Positions 10,903 through 21,312 of a stretch of DNA of 64,000 nt are shown in pieces. The stretch is taken from NCBI GenBank assembly GCA_963665295.1, contig OY762209.1:5216001-5280000 (forward strand). The letters are read 5' to 3'. Made by a program: the position numbers and the translations under genes. The first letter of the stretch is position 1; the number at the start of each line of letters is the position of its first letter. The notes under the pieces were generated by a model, which saw only the letters and a program-made list of their open reading frames with translations, had not been told where the DNA came from and did no database searches. The DNA is from Syntrophorhabdaceae bacterium. GTDB taxonomy: Bacteria; Desulfobacterota; Syntrophorhabdia; Syntrophorhabdales; Syntrophorhabdaceae.

Positions 10903-11397
10903 CTATGCTTTATAGTTTTCGAGAAAAATCCCCTCTATTTCCTCCTCTATCTCCCCCTCTTCTTTTTGCAGAGCTATGGAGAGCTCCTTCTTTATGAGAT
11001 TGCGCGCTATCTCGAACATCTTCTTTTCCCCGAAAGAAAGCTCTTTCCAAACCCTCAGACTGTAGAGTTCCTTAAGCACCATGGCAACTTCGAATATGGA
11101 ACCGCTCTTTATGCGCTCCATGTACTCTTTGTATCGTCTGTTCCACGGCGCGTTATCGTGGACCACGTTCTTGTCTTTAAGTATCTCAAACACCCGGGTG
11201 ACTTCACAGGAATCGATAACGCAACGGAGGCCTGTATTCTGCGCATGGTCGACAGGGATCATTATCGTCATGTCCGTATCGAGGATGCGCATGATGTAGA
11301 AAGCCTGCTTCATCCCGGAAAACTCCTTTTCCTCGATAGACGCGATCTTTCCCACTCCATGACCTGGATATACAGCCACTTCTCCAACCTTAAACAT
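10903..11397 (-). CDS. carD: CarD family transcriptional regulator
   Basis: FKVGEVAVYPGHGVG, WNRRY, LSFGEKKM motifs. Confidence 0.92.
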   Translation of the reverse strand: MFKVGEVAVYPGHGVGKIASIEEKEFSGMKQAFYIMRILDTDMTIMIPVDHAQNTGLRCVIDSCEVTRVFEILKDKNVVHDNAPWNRRYKEYMERIKSGSIFEVAMVLKELYSLRVWKELSFGEKKMFEIARNLIKKELSIALQKEEGEIEEEIEGIFLENYKA

Positions 11398-11560
11398 TAT
11401 TCCTCCAATTCATATCTCACCTACAGTCCTTCCTCTATTTCGACTCTTTATTTTACCACTTTAGACAAAAATATTCAATTGGTAATAGCTTTCGCCCACT
11501 TGGTGCCTCCCAGGCGTTGTGTGAAAGCGCCGGACGGCCCCGGAATGGCCGCAATTGCTG

Positions 11561-11589
11561 TTGACATAGGTCAAAGGCTTTGTTAATAT
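11561..11589 (+). promoter_or_regulatory. Sigma70-type promoter of HEAT-repeat gene
   Basis: TTGACA-17-TAATAT. Confidence 0.65.
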
Positions 11590-11624
11590 TCAGCTAATAA
11601 GGGTTAGCAGGCATACAGGCATCC

Positions 11625-12878
11625 ATGCAAAACACAAGAAATGGCAATGATATGACGTTTGTCCTCTTCCGGTTGGGTGCCATCCTATGGATCGGCATCG
11701 CCTTCCTTACGGCCGGCATGGCATTCGCTTATGAGAAACCTTCAAAAAACACCATCTCGCCTGCCATCCCCGCGCCTGTGAGGGCACAGGTTCTGAAGCT
11801 ATACTCCAAAGAACCCGCCACAAGAGCCGGGGCCGCCAAGACCCTTGGCAACGGCGGAGTCGTCTCCACCCTGGCCGCACCCCACCTTATCCAACTGCTC
11901 CCCGACAAAACCAGGATTTCCGGCAAAGACGGGTCCACAACCCCGGGCGTGGAGGCGATGAGGGCCCTCGTAAAGATCGGCTCTCCCGCTGTTCAGGCCC
12001 TTATCTCGGCAGTGGGCGCCCCTGACACGGCGACCCGGACAAAGGTGATGGAGACCCTGGGAAGGATCAGAGACGACCGGGCTGTGGAGCCCCTTATCTC
12101 CGCCCTTCAGGACAACAGCGCCATAATACGCACCGCGGCTGCGAACGCCCTCGGAGATATGGGCGATGAGCGTGCCGTTCAGCCGCTGATTGCCTCCCTC
12201 GGAGATACGAACGCCGATGTGCAGCTTGGCGCGAGCAGCGCCCTCATCAAACTGGGCGACGCGGCATCGGAACCGCTGATCTCAGCCCTCGCTTCGGGCA
12301 GTCCGGCGGCCAGAAGAAATGCAGCCCATGTACTCGGAAAGATACAGAGCACGGAATCGGTGCAAGCCTTGATCGCGGCCCTGAGCGATCCGAACCCGAC
12401 GGTCCGGGAAGGAGTGACGGACGCCCTCAGCGAGACCAGGGACAGCGCGGCGGTCCAGCCCCTTATCACAGCGCTCAAGGACAGCAACCCCGACGTGCGC
12501 AGGGGCGCGGCCTTTGCCCTGGGAAAGGTGAAGGACCCGAGGGCAATAGAGCCCCTTGTTCAGGCACTGACGGATGGGGACCCCACGGTAGCCATGTGGG
12601 CAGCCCACGCCCTTGCGGATATTAAGGACCAGTCCGCAGTGGAGCCCCTCATAGCCGCCCTGTCTGACACCCGCCCCGGAGTGAGAAGGGGTGCAGCCAT
12701 GGCCTTAGGCGGAGTGAGAGACCCGAGGGCAATAGAGCCCCTCATAAGGCTTCTTCACGACCAGGACACCTTTGTAATAGATAACGCCCTGAGCGCCCTC
12801 CACCAGATCACTCAGCAGAACTTCGGCGACGACCAGCAGAAGTGGATAAACTGGTACCAGTCGTCAATGTCAGAATAG
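11625..12878 (+). CDS. Exported HEAT/PBS-lyase-like repeat protein
   Basis: Signal-peptide-like N-terminus; about nine 31-aa repeats AVEPLIxALxDxxxxVRxxAAxALG; start may be 11652. Confidence 0.9.
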   Translation: MQNTRNGNDMTFVLFRLGAILWIGIAFLTAGMAFAYEKPSKNTISPAIPAPVRAQVLKLYSKEPATRAGAAKTLGNGGVVSTLAAPHLIQLLPDKTRISGKDGSTTPGVEAMRALVKIGSPAVQALISAVGAPDTATRTKVMETLGRIRDDRAVEPLISALQDNSAIIRTAAANALGDMGDERAVQPLIASLGDTNADVQLGASSALIKLGDAASEPLISALASGSPAARRNAAHVLGKIQSTESVQALIAALSDPNPTVREGVTDALSETRDSAAVQPLITALKDSNPDVRRGAAFALGKVKDPRAIEPLVQALTDGDPTVAMWAAHALADIKDQSAVEPLIAALSDTRPGVRRGAAMALGGVRDPRAIEPLIRLLHDQDTFVIDNALSALHQITQQNFGDDQQKWINWYQSSMSE

Positions 12879-13581
12879 AGAAATCCGGTTTGTTATGGAA
12901 TCTTACGTACCTCAGCCATTCACCCGGACGTCTCCAATAGGGCGTGTCCCTAACCGATAACAACACCGGGGGAGAAGCTGCCTCGCTGCTGCCGAGGATG
13001 CACCCGCCCCCGCGGACGGGTGTTTTAATTATGGTTGTCCAGAGCGAATGGTATCAGAAGGGAGATGAAAGCAATTGATATATAGATGACCTTGCCTGGT
13101 GTGCTTATTTCCGTTGATTCTCCGGCGTTTTCGCTATGAGCGCCAATTTCCTAGGCGCCATCATCACCGGCGCCGTCCTCAACAAGGTCGATCTCCATGT
13201 CCGAGAATCTCTTTAACGTGGATGAGGGGGCATCCAGTGATGTAGTTGGGAAAGGAGTTGCTTCTCACGGCGGTCGGTTTTCGCCCATGGGGTCCCTGAT
13301 AGCGTGCCCATCTATGGAAGTCTTCGAGTTCCCCTCGAAAACCGCGCAGGTTTGCCCCCGGCGACCTTTGTTCTTATTTACAAATTGATTGGAGCCGGGT
13401 GGAATAGGCGGCCGCATTACGGAACCAAACACACGGCCAGCCCACAACAGCACCGAGCCAACATCATGCCCAGCCCTGCGCCATCTAACCGCTGACCGCT
13501 TCTGCTTATCATCAGTGCCCGAGGACTTGATTTTTTTGGTCAAAAGCTTTAACATTCATTGGTTTTAAACCGGCACGACCC

Positions 13582-14841
13582 ATGTTGACTGAAAAGCTCA
13601 TTACCTATATCGCGCGCAAGAAGAACTCGGATTACCTGCAGTTCAAGTCATCCCCTGCCCTCACCCTTCCCCGCGCGTCCAACAACATCCCGCGCCTTCT
13701 CTATATGCACGTGCCTTTCTGCGAGGAACTCTGTCCTTACTGCTCCTTCAACAGGGTCGTCTTCCGCGAGGGCCTTGCCCGAGCATACTTCCGCGCTTTA
13801 AGAAAAGAGATCGTCATGTATAAGGACATGGGCTACGAGTTCCCCTCCCTGTACGTGGGCGGAGGAACCCCCACGGTCCTCATGGATGAGTTGGCGGAGA
13901 CGATAGGGGTGATACGGGACAATTTTCATGTGAAGGAAGTCTCCGTGGAGACCAACCCCAACCACCTCACGGACAGGAACATCTCCATCCTGAAGGACAT
14001 CGGGGTAAACCGCCTGTCCGTCGGCGTCCAGAGTTTCGACGACGGCATACTGCGGGCCACGGAGCGTTACCATAAATATGGCTCGGGCGCCATGGTCGCC
14101 GAAGGTCTCGCCCATACCCAGGGGCAATTCGACACCCTCAACGTGGATATGATTTTCAACTTCCCCGCCCAGACCATGGAAATTCTCGAAAAAGACCTCT
14201 CCACCCTCATCGGTCTCGGCGTGGACCAGGTCACCTACTACCCCCTCATGGTCTCCACCTTTACCCAGGAAACCATGAACCGGAAGCTCGGCATCGTCGA
14301 TTACGAGAGAGGAGGCGCGCTCTATCAGAAGATCGTGGACATGCTCACCGCCTCTTACGAAGCCACTACCGCGTGGTGCTTTTCCCGCAATACGAGCATG
14401 ATCGACGAGTACGTGATCAATTTCGACGAATATGCCGGTCTCGGCAGCGGATCGATCGGCTACCTCGGCGGCAGTGTGTATGCCAACACCTTCGACATAG
14501 AGGAGTATATCAGGAAACTGGACGAGGGCGTGCTCCCCATAACGGCAAGAAGGGATTTCTCCATGAAGGAGCGGCTCCGCTACGATTTTCTCATGAAACT
14601 TTTCGGCCTGAGCCTCGACCTCGACGAATTGCAGTCAAAAAACGGCGTAAACCCCTACCGCTACCTGTGGACCGAAATATTGTTCTTCAGGCTCGTGGGG
14701 GGCCTCGAAAAAGAGGGCAATCTTCTCAAACTCACGAAAAAGGGACAATATTTCTGGGTGCTCATGATGCGCGAGTTCTTTATCGGCGTCAATAATTTCA
14801 GGGATTATTGCCGGCGGGAGCTCTCCTCTAACGCAAAATAA
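13582..14841 (+). CDS. HemN-like class C radical SAM protein, probable menaquinone C-methyltransferase (MenK/MqnK family)
   Basis: YMHVPFCEELCPYC, GGGTP, QVTYYPLM, C-terminal MMREFF. Confidence 0.8.
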   Translation: MLTEKLITYIARKKNSDYLQFKSSPALTLPRASNNIPRLLYMHVPFCEELCPYCSFNRVVFREGLARAYFRALRKEIVMYKDMGYEFPSLYVGGGTPTVLMDELAETIGVIRDNFHVKEVSVETNPNHLTDRNISILKDIGVNRLSVGVQSFDDGILRATERYHKYGSGAMVAEGLAHTQGQFDTLNVDMIFNFPAQTMEILEKDLSTLIGLGVDQVTYYPLMVSTFTQETMNRKLGIVDYERGGALYQKIVDMLTASYEATTAWCFSRNTSMIDEYVINFDEYAGLGSGSIGYLGGSVYANTFDIEEYIRKLDEGVLPITARRDFSMKERLRYDFLMKLFGLSLDLDELQSKNGVNPYRYLWTEILFFRLVGGLEKEGNLLKLTKKGQYFWVLMMREFFIGVNNFRDYCRRELSSNAK

Positions 14842-15853
14842 TCTTTCCTGCCGGTTCTTCGAGGAACCTTCCGATAATCCAGTATTCAAGACCCGTGCTC
14901 CTTGCTTTTGTCTCGAACCCTAATACATCGTCGGGATGAATCGCCATGAGAAGTCCTCCCGAAGTCTGGGGATCGTAAACGACATCCCCTATGAATCCTT
15001 CGGTCTTTCCTTCCACGTGGACGCCGTAAAAATCCTTGTTCCTGTATAATCCACCGGGAAGCATCCCCAGGGCGGCAAGTTCCGGAGCCTCCTCGAAGTA
15101 GGGTATCTTGTCGGCAAACAGCTCCACGCCGAGTTTTTCCTTTATCATTTCCTTGAGGTGACCCGCGAGGCCGAACCCCGTCACGTCCGTGGCCGCGTGG
15201 GTGCGGACGGAAAGCATGGCCTCCGACGCCTTTTTGTTGAGCCTGGCCATAACCTCCACGAGCTTGCCAGTAGCATCCTCGCTCAGCATGTTCCCTTTGA
15301 TGGCAGTGTTCATGATGCCCGTTCCCAGGGGTTTCGTGAGTACGAGAATATCCCCGGGTATCGATCCTTCGTTCAATATCACCTTGTCGGGATGGACGAT
15401 CCCCGTGACCGCCACGCCATACTTCGTCTCCACGTCGTCGACGCTATGGCCCCCAAGAAGACTCACCCCCGCTTCACGCATCTTGTCCGCGCCGCCTCTC
15501 AATATCTCCTTGAGGATCGACTTGTCGAACTGTTTCAGGGAGAAGCAGACCATGTTGAGGCCCGTCTTCGGCACCGCGCCCATAGCGTATATGTCGCTCA
15601 TGGAGTTGGCGGCCGCGATCTGGCCGAAGGAATACGGGTCATTCACGATGGGGGTAAAAAAATCGACGGTCTGGACAATGGCGATGTCCTCCGATATTTT
15701 ATACACCCCTGCGTCCTCGAATCCTTCGATACCTACGAGCACGTTTTCATCCGCGGGAATCTCGATCCCGCAAAGAATGTCGGTAAGGTCCCCCGGACCT
15801 ATTTTCGACGCTCACCCCGCTCCACGCACATATTTCATCAGTTCAATGGTCAC
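14828..15853 (-). CDS. selD: Selenide, water dikinase (selenocysteine-containing)
   Basis: Track ORF 14828..15742 extends upstream through in-frame TGA (15812-15814): MTIELMKYVRGAG-U-ASKIGPGDL; DFFTP, ANSMSD, GGHS, DVTGFGL, DPQTSGGLL; alternative ATG at 15874. Confidence 0.93.
15786..15800 (-). promoter_or_regulatory. Putative bacterial SECIS hairpin in selD mRNA
   Basis: AGGUCC-GGG-GGACCU stem-loop starting about 12 nt 3' of the UGA. Confidence 0.6.
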
Positions 15854-15997
15854 GTTCTTGATCTCCTCTATCATACGAGAGCCGGATTCGCTCTCCTTTC
15901 CCCTGTCAACCTTCGTTGCGGGACCCTTCGAAACATCGGTCCCTTCTCCACCGCAGACCATCCAGGGATCACGGGACGAGCCGCCCGGTTCCCCGGT

Positions 15998-16237
15998 TCA
16001 TTCGAAGTCAAGGTCGTCGAGCCTTTGAACGCCCGCATAATAGCAGCAGTTCTCACTCTTGAAATTGTTGTCGAAGACCCTCACCTTCCCGTCCTGGAAG
16101 ATGATCCTTACGTAGCAAAAACCTCCCGGTAACTGCGAGTTCCTCTCTTCTGTAACCACGCCCATACCCCATCGGGAAAACCTCTTATGGATCACGCGAT
16201 CCCCCACGGTGAGGTAGAGGGAATACTCCTTTTCCAT
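15998..16237 (-). CDS. Small SH3/Tudor-like hypothetical protein (DUF3553-like)
   Basis: 79 aa; VGDRVIHKRFSRWGMGVV pattern. Confidence 0.75.
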   Translation of the reverse strand: MEKEYSLYLTVGDRVIHKRFSRWGMGVVTEERNSQLPGGFCYVRIIFQDGKVRVFDNNFKSENCCYYAGVQRLDDLDFE

Positions 16238-16286
16238 GCAAAAGTTTACTTCATATCCTCCTTGAGTTCAACCCCCGCCCCTCCCT

Positions 16287-17580
16287 GGCAATGTACAATC
16301 TCTTGTGTCAAGAAAGAAGATGGGGTACCATTCGATCTTTGCCGTTTGCACCGCCAAGCACATAGACAAGGAGGAGGTACCCCGAATGAATCAGCATGTA
16401 ATGGTAAACAATCTATCACAGGCAATGAAAATGGTAAAGGAAATGGATGGTTTTTCAGAAGAGCGGTGGACCGATGACTACCGGGAGGTCGGACGCAACG
16501 CCATAGGGAATTTCCTCCGGGACCGTATGAAGGAGTCCATAAGCGATTATCTTGGTCGTGTACCCGAAGGAGCAGACAGAAGGAACGGAAGTTACCCCAG
16601 GCACGTGCTGACCGAGATAGGAGATATAGCCCTCTCTATACCCCGGACGCGGACCTATAACCCGATTCACGTGATTGAAGCCTATGCGAGGAGAAGCAAG
16701 GAAGTAGACCGGCTCATCCTCTCCTGCTTCTTGTTGGGTCTCTCCACCAGGAAGGTAGGAGCAACGCTCCTTACCATTCTCGGGGAGAAGGTGAGCCCCG
16801 GTACGGTGAGCAGGGTGGTAAAGACACTCGACGCGGATGTGGCCGCATTCCACAGGAGACATCTCTCCAATATCTACAAGGCGCTCATCTTGGATGGGGT
16901 GGTCCTCTCCAGGAAGACCGGCATGGGGGCCGCAAAGAGACCTGTCCTCGTAGTCCTGGGCATACGCGAGGACGGCAGGAAAGAGGTCATCGACTTCCGC
17001 CTTGCCTCCTCCGAGAGCAGCGCAGAATGGGATGTCTTCCTTCGTGATCTCTCTGCAAGAGGGCTCACCGGGAAGAATGTGGAGGTAGTCTCGGTAGACG
17101 GGGGAAAGGGACTCCTTTCCGTTCTCCGTCATTATTATACCTCCATCCCCATCCAGCGCTGCTGGGCTCATAAGATACGTAACATCACCGATAAGGTAAA
17201 GAGGAAGGATCAGGACGCGGTAAGGGAAGGACTACGAGATATCTATAATGCCGCCCATATCCGTGAGGCGAGGAAATATGCGGGGCTATGGAAAGAGAAA
17301 TGGAAAGACACGTACCCTGATGCGGTGACGTGCCTCTTTGCCGATATTGATGATCTCTTTACCTGTTTCATGTTTAAGGACCTTGCCTTCCGGAAGAGCA
17401 TACGCACTACCAACCTCATAGAAAGGAGATTCAAAGAGGTGAAGAGGAGGACGAGACCTATGGGGGTGTTCAGTGATAAAACGAGCATGGACAGGATTCT
17501 CTATGCCATCTTCATGTATGAGAACAGATCGAAGGGGACGTCCCCCATTTTCTCGCTGACACATAAGTCTTGACATTGCC
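16287..17580 (+). mobile_element. IS256-family insertion sequence, 1294 bp, apparently intact
   Basis: Imperfect terminal IRs (GGCAATGT...TGTGTCA / TGACACA...ACATTGCC); 8-bp direct repeat CCCTCCCT at 16279-16286 and 17581-17588. Confidence 0.93.
16386..17573 (+). CDS. IS256 (Mutator-like) DDE transposase
   Basis: RNGSY, ILDGV, VDGGKGL, QRCWAH, TTNLIER; SD aaggagg before ATG 16386. Confidence 0.95.
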   Translation: MNQHVMVNNLSQAMKMVKEMDGFSEERWTDDYREVGRNAIGNFLRDRMKESISDYLGRVPEGADRRNGSYPRHVLTEIGDIALSIPRTRTYNPIHVIEAYARRSKEVDRLILSCFLLGLSTRKVGATLLTILGEKVSPGTVSRVVKTLDADVAAFHRRHLSNIYKALILDGVVLSRKTGMGAAKRPVLVVLGIREDGRKEVIDFRLASSESSAEWDVFLRDLSARGLTGKNVEVVSVDGGKGLLSVLRHYYTSIPIQRCWAHKIRNITDKVKRKDQDAVREGLRDIYNAAHIREARKYAGLWKEKWKDTYPDAVTCLFADIDDLFTCFMFKDLAFRKSIRTTNLIERRFKEVKRRTRPMGVFSDKTSMDRILYAIFMYENRSKGTSPIFSLTHKS

Positions 17581-17640
17581 CCCTCCCTGAAGCCCGGCTG
17601 GCCGGTATTCCCCGGAGATCCCTCCGGAAAGTGGTCCGGT

Positions 17641-18372
17641 TTACCTTTTGTTCTCTTCCCCTTTTGCGAGGTGCTCCCTGCACCAAGCCTCGTATGAAGC
17701 GGCTATTTTCAGGTATTCCTCCACACTTACCGGGGGAGTGTTGACCTTTGCCAGCACATCCTTATCGATACTATCGGTCCTTGCCAGGGTTTCACCCAGA
17801 GCCTTAAGCAGTGCGAGGTGGCCGTCGAGCCTCCCCGGCTCCGTCTGGAGGGCGATGGAGCCGGGCACACATACCTCGGCTATGGGTTCGGCGCCGAAGT
17901 TCGCTGCCCCGGCCCTGAATCCCGCGATAAGGGGACCGAAGGTCTCAACCTCCGGGAATCCGCATGTGGAAACAAGCATAAACCTCGCGGGCATGCGCCA
18001 GTTGAAGGGGTGGCGTATTCTTCCCGAACGGTCCTTCGTGAGAAACGGCTGGAGGCAGGCTATCGACCTGTCCATCACCGCTTTTGTCTGGGCGCTCATG
18101 CCGTCCACATACACGGGAGTGCCGATGACCAGGATATCCGAGGTCTTCAGATGGGGGTAGATATCCTCCATGTCGTCCTTGGTCGCACACTCTCCGGGCG
18201 TTCTGTGCATACAGGAAAAACACGCCGAACAAGGCGATATCTTCATGCCCCACAGGCTGAACTCCCGGATGGCTGCCCCTCCGGCCCTGAGTCCGTCCGC
18301 GATGCACATAAGGAGCTTTCCTGTGACGCTTTTCTGCTTTCGCGGACTCCCGTTCAAGATCAATACCTTCAC
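17641..18372 (-). CDS. Flavodoxin-like / iron-sulfur flavoprotein (WrbA family)
   Basis: NGSPRK, CxxCxxC-x6-C cluster motif, GTPVY. Confidence 0.88.
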   Translation of the reverse strand: MKVLILNGSPRKQKSVTGKLLMCIADGLRAGGAAIREFSLWGMKISPCSACFSCMHRTPGECATKDDMEDIYPHLKTSDILVIGTPVYVDGMSAQTKAVMDRSIACLQPFLTKDRSGRIRHPFNWRMPARFMLVSTCGFPEVETFGPLIAGFRAGAANFGAEPIAEVCVPGSIALQTEPGRLDGHLALLKALGETLARTDSIDKDVLAKVNTPPVSVEEYLKIAASYEAWCREHLAKGEENKR

Positions 18373-18518
18373 ATCATCCTCCTTTTCAAGACCGCGTCAA
18401 TGCGGGGTCTGTCCCTTATCTATAGGACTCCTTCATATTTTATCCCAATCCACGAAGATTTTCTTTCACTAAATATTGTATATTTCAATTGGTGGCAAAT
18501 GACCGTGGGAGGGCAGGA

Positions 18519-21302
18519 ATGAGAGACAGCAGCCGGGCTGACGGGAACGGGGCTTTCGCTTCAGAAGCCTCTTTTCGGGGCAGGGAAGATTGTGGCGTCT
18601 TGTTCGAAAGGGCGGTAGTCGGCATATACCGGACCTCTGTTGAAGGGAATCTTATCACTGCGAATACCCGTTTTGCGGAAATCATGGGTTACTCCTCGCC
18701 GGAGGAGATGCAAAGGGCCGTACCGGACGTAAATGAAGCCCTTTATGTCCACCCGGAAGAGCGAAGAGAGACAATGACCGCGGTATCTCGCGACAACACA
18801 TACAGCCTCGACACCCGGGTGTATACGAGGGACGGAGGGACGAGATGGATCTCCGACGAAGGGAGGGCCGTCCGCGACAAAGACGGCAATATCCAATATT
18901 TTGAAGGTTTTATCCAGGACATATCCGGAAGAAAAGAGGCAGAGGAGAGGCTTCGGGACCGGAACCGGCGCCTTGAGCAGAAGATCGTCGAACAGGAATC
19001 CCATTTGGGGGAACTGGAAACCACATACCGCGGCCTTGTGGACAACGCCCTGGTCGGCGTTTACCGTACAAGATTGAACGGGGAAATACTCTTCCTGAAC
19101 GATACCTTCTTCCGCACCTTCGGCTGGGACTCAAAGGAAGACATAGTGCTCCAGGGTTCGCCGGCCCATTACAAACACCCCGCAGACAGAGAGGTCCTCC
19201 TTCGTATCCTCGAACAGTCAGGTGCGGTAAACGGCTATGAAGTGGAGTTGAAGACAAAATCAGGGGCGCCGGTGAGGGTGCTCCTCAGTGCAACCCTCAA
19301 AGGAGATGTCATATCAGGGATGATACTCGATATCACCGAGCGGAAGATGGCCGAGGAATTGCTCCGGGCAAGAGAGGAACAATACCGGGTTCTTGTTGAA
19401 GCCGCCCCTTTTCCCGTAGTGATAAGCCGCCCCGAAGACGGCGTCGTCCTTTATCTGAACCAGATGGCGTCGGACCTGTTCAAGGTGCCTCCAAAGGACT
19501 GGGTGCGCCTGAAAGCGCGGGATTATTATTATGATCCGGCCGACAGGGATCTTTTTACGCGGCAATTGGCGGAAGACGGCTTCGTAAGGGACCATTATAC
19601 CCATCTCAAAGACGCCCGTGGGGAAGAGTTCTGGGTCCTTCTCTCGGCCAACATGATAGACTTCAACGGAGAACGGGCCGTTTGTTCGGCCTTCAACGAT
19701 GTTTCGGAACTCACCTATGCCCTGGACAGGATGCAGGAGAGCGAGGTCAAATACAGAACCCTTTTCGACAATGCCAACGACGCAATATTCCTTATCGACA
19801 TAGACAAGGACGCGTACATAGACTGCAACCACAAGGCGCTCACCACGTTCCGGTGCTCGAAAGAAGACATCATCGGCCAGACCCCCTATATACTCTCCCC
19901 CCTGTTCCAGCCTGACGGGTGCGGCTCCGTAGAGAAGGGCATCGCCCTCGGAAAGGCCGCCCTCTCCGGCAAACCCCAGTTCTTCGAATGGAGGCATTCC
20001 CGGATGGACGGGTCCCGGTTTGACGCCGAGGTAAGCTTGAGCCATGTGGAGATCGGCAAGGAACGGCTCCTTCAAGGAATAGTGCGCGATGTAAGCGAGC
20101 GCAAGGAAGCCGAACAGAAGTTGAGGTCAAGCGAGGAGAAGTACCGCAGCATCTTCGACAATGCGGTGGAAGGCATCTTCCAGAGCACGCCCGAGGGCAC
20201 GTACATTGCGGCAAACCCTGCCCTCGCAAGAATGTATGGCTATGATTCCCCTCAGGAACTGATGGATACCATTACCGACATAGGGAAGGAGCAATACATG
20301 AACCCCCTGGACCGCTCAAAATTCAAGGCCCTTCTCGAAGCCCGGGGCCGTATCGAGGGGTTCGAGGTGGGGATTTACACCAAACACAGGCAGAAGGTGT
20401 GGGTTTCGATGAGCGCCAGGGCAGCAAAGGACCGGGAAGGGACAACCCTTTTCTACGAGGGCTTTGCGGAGGATATTACAAGACGCAAGGCGATGGAAGG
20501 GGCTTTGCGCGAAAGCGAGGAGCGTTACCGGACATTCATCGATTCCACATCCGACATGGTATTTCTCAAAGATGACCGGTTTCGGAACATCATCATGAAC
20601 AAAAAGCTGCTCAAATTCTCAGGAAAGTCGGAAGACGAGGTCATAGGCAGGACCGATTTCGAATTCATGCCCCCGGAAAGCGCGAAGATCGCGCGACTCA
20701 CGGACGTCAAAGCCATCGAGTCTTCGACTATCGTCATCTCGGAGCAGACTATAGGCGACCGGATTTACGAAACCAGGAAATTCCCGGTAAAACTGGGAGA
20801 GAACGTGAACGGTGTGGGAGGGTTCATACGGGACATTACGGAACAGAAGAGATACCAGAAAGAACTCAAGGTGAAGTCCCTTAACCTTGAAGAGGTCAAT
20901 GCCGCCCTGAGGGTGCTCCTGGAGCAAAGAGAGGATGACAAAAGCGAACTGGAGGAAAGGATCCTCTACAATGTGAAGAAGCTCGCTTTTCCTTATATCC
21001 ATATTCTGAAACAGAGAAGATTGGACGAGGAGCAGCAGATGTACGTGAATATCCTTGAAACAAACCTCAAGAACATCATCTCACCCTTTGTCCAGAAGAT
21101 GATGTACGCCTATTCCAACTTCACACCCACGGAGATCCTCGTGGCAAATTTTATAAGGGACGGCAAAACGATCAAGGAAATAGCCGTCATACTTGGGGTA
21201 TCGGAGAATGCGGTGAACCGCCACAGGCAGCATGTGAGGAATAAGCTGGGCCTGAATAAGAGAAAGACCAATCTTAAAGTATATCTCATGTCTCTAAAAT
21301 AA
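18519..21302 (+). CDS. One-component regulator with six PAS domains and C-terminal LuxR HTH
   Basis: Six PAS/PAC units mostly ending DI(T/S)xRK; FTPTEILVA...GKTIKEIA...VRNKLGL HTH; no kinase domain. Confidence 0.92.
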   Translation: MRDSSRADGNGAFASEASFRGREDCGVLFERAVVGIYRTSVEGNLITANTRFAEIMGYSSPEEMQRAVPDVNEALYVHPEERRETMTAVSRDNTYSLDTRVYTRDGGTRWISDEGRAVRDKDGNIQYFEGFIQDISGRKEAEERLRDRNRRLEQKIVEQESHLGELETTYRGLVDNALVGVYRTRLNGEILFLNDTFFRTFGWDSKEDIVLQGSPAHYKHPADREVLLRILEQSGAVNGYEVELKTKSGAPVRVLLSATLKGDVISGMILDITERKMAEELLRAREEQYRVLVEAAPFPVVISRPEDGVVLYLNQMASDLFKVPPKDWVRLKARDYYYDPADRDLFTRQLAEDGFVRDHYTHLKDARGEEFWVLLSANMIDFNGERAVCSAFNDVSELTYALDRMQESEVKYRTLFDNANDAIFLIDIDKDAYIDCNHKALTTFRCSKEDIIGQTPYILSPLFQPDGCGSVEKGIALGKAALSGKPQFFEWRHSRMDGSRFDAEVSLSHVEIGKERLLQGIVRDVSERKEAEQKLRSSEEKYRSIFDNAVEGIFQSTPEGTYIAANPALARMYGYDSPQELMDTITDIGKEQYMNPLDRSKFKALLEARGRIEGFEVGIYTKHRQKVWVSMSARAAKDREGTTLFYEGFAEDITRRKAMEGALRESEERYRTFIDSTSDMVFLKDDRFRNIIMNKKLLKFSGKSEDEVIGRTDFEFMPPESAKIARLTDVKAIESSTIVISEQTIGDRIYETRKFPVKLGENVNGVGGFIRDITEQKRYQKELKVKSLNLEEVNAALRVLLEQREDDKSELEERILYNVKKLAFPYIHILKQRRLDEEQQMYVNILETNLKNIISPFVQKMMYAYSNFTPTEILVANFIRDGKTIKEIAVILGVSENAVNRHRQHVRNKLGLNKRKTNLKVYLMSLK

Positions 21303-21312
21303 TTACCCTTCT

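Noticed and set aside
13265..13555. 96-aa minus-strand ORF
   Set aside because: No recognisable motif or SD, and it overlaps the likely promoter of the divergent radical SAM gene
15743..15853. selD as a nonsense pseudogene
   Set aside because: The TGA is exactly at the catalytic Cys/Sec position with a downstream hairpin; recoding is more parsimonious
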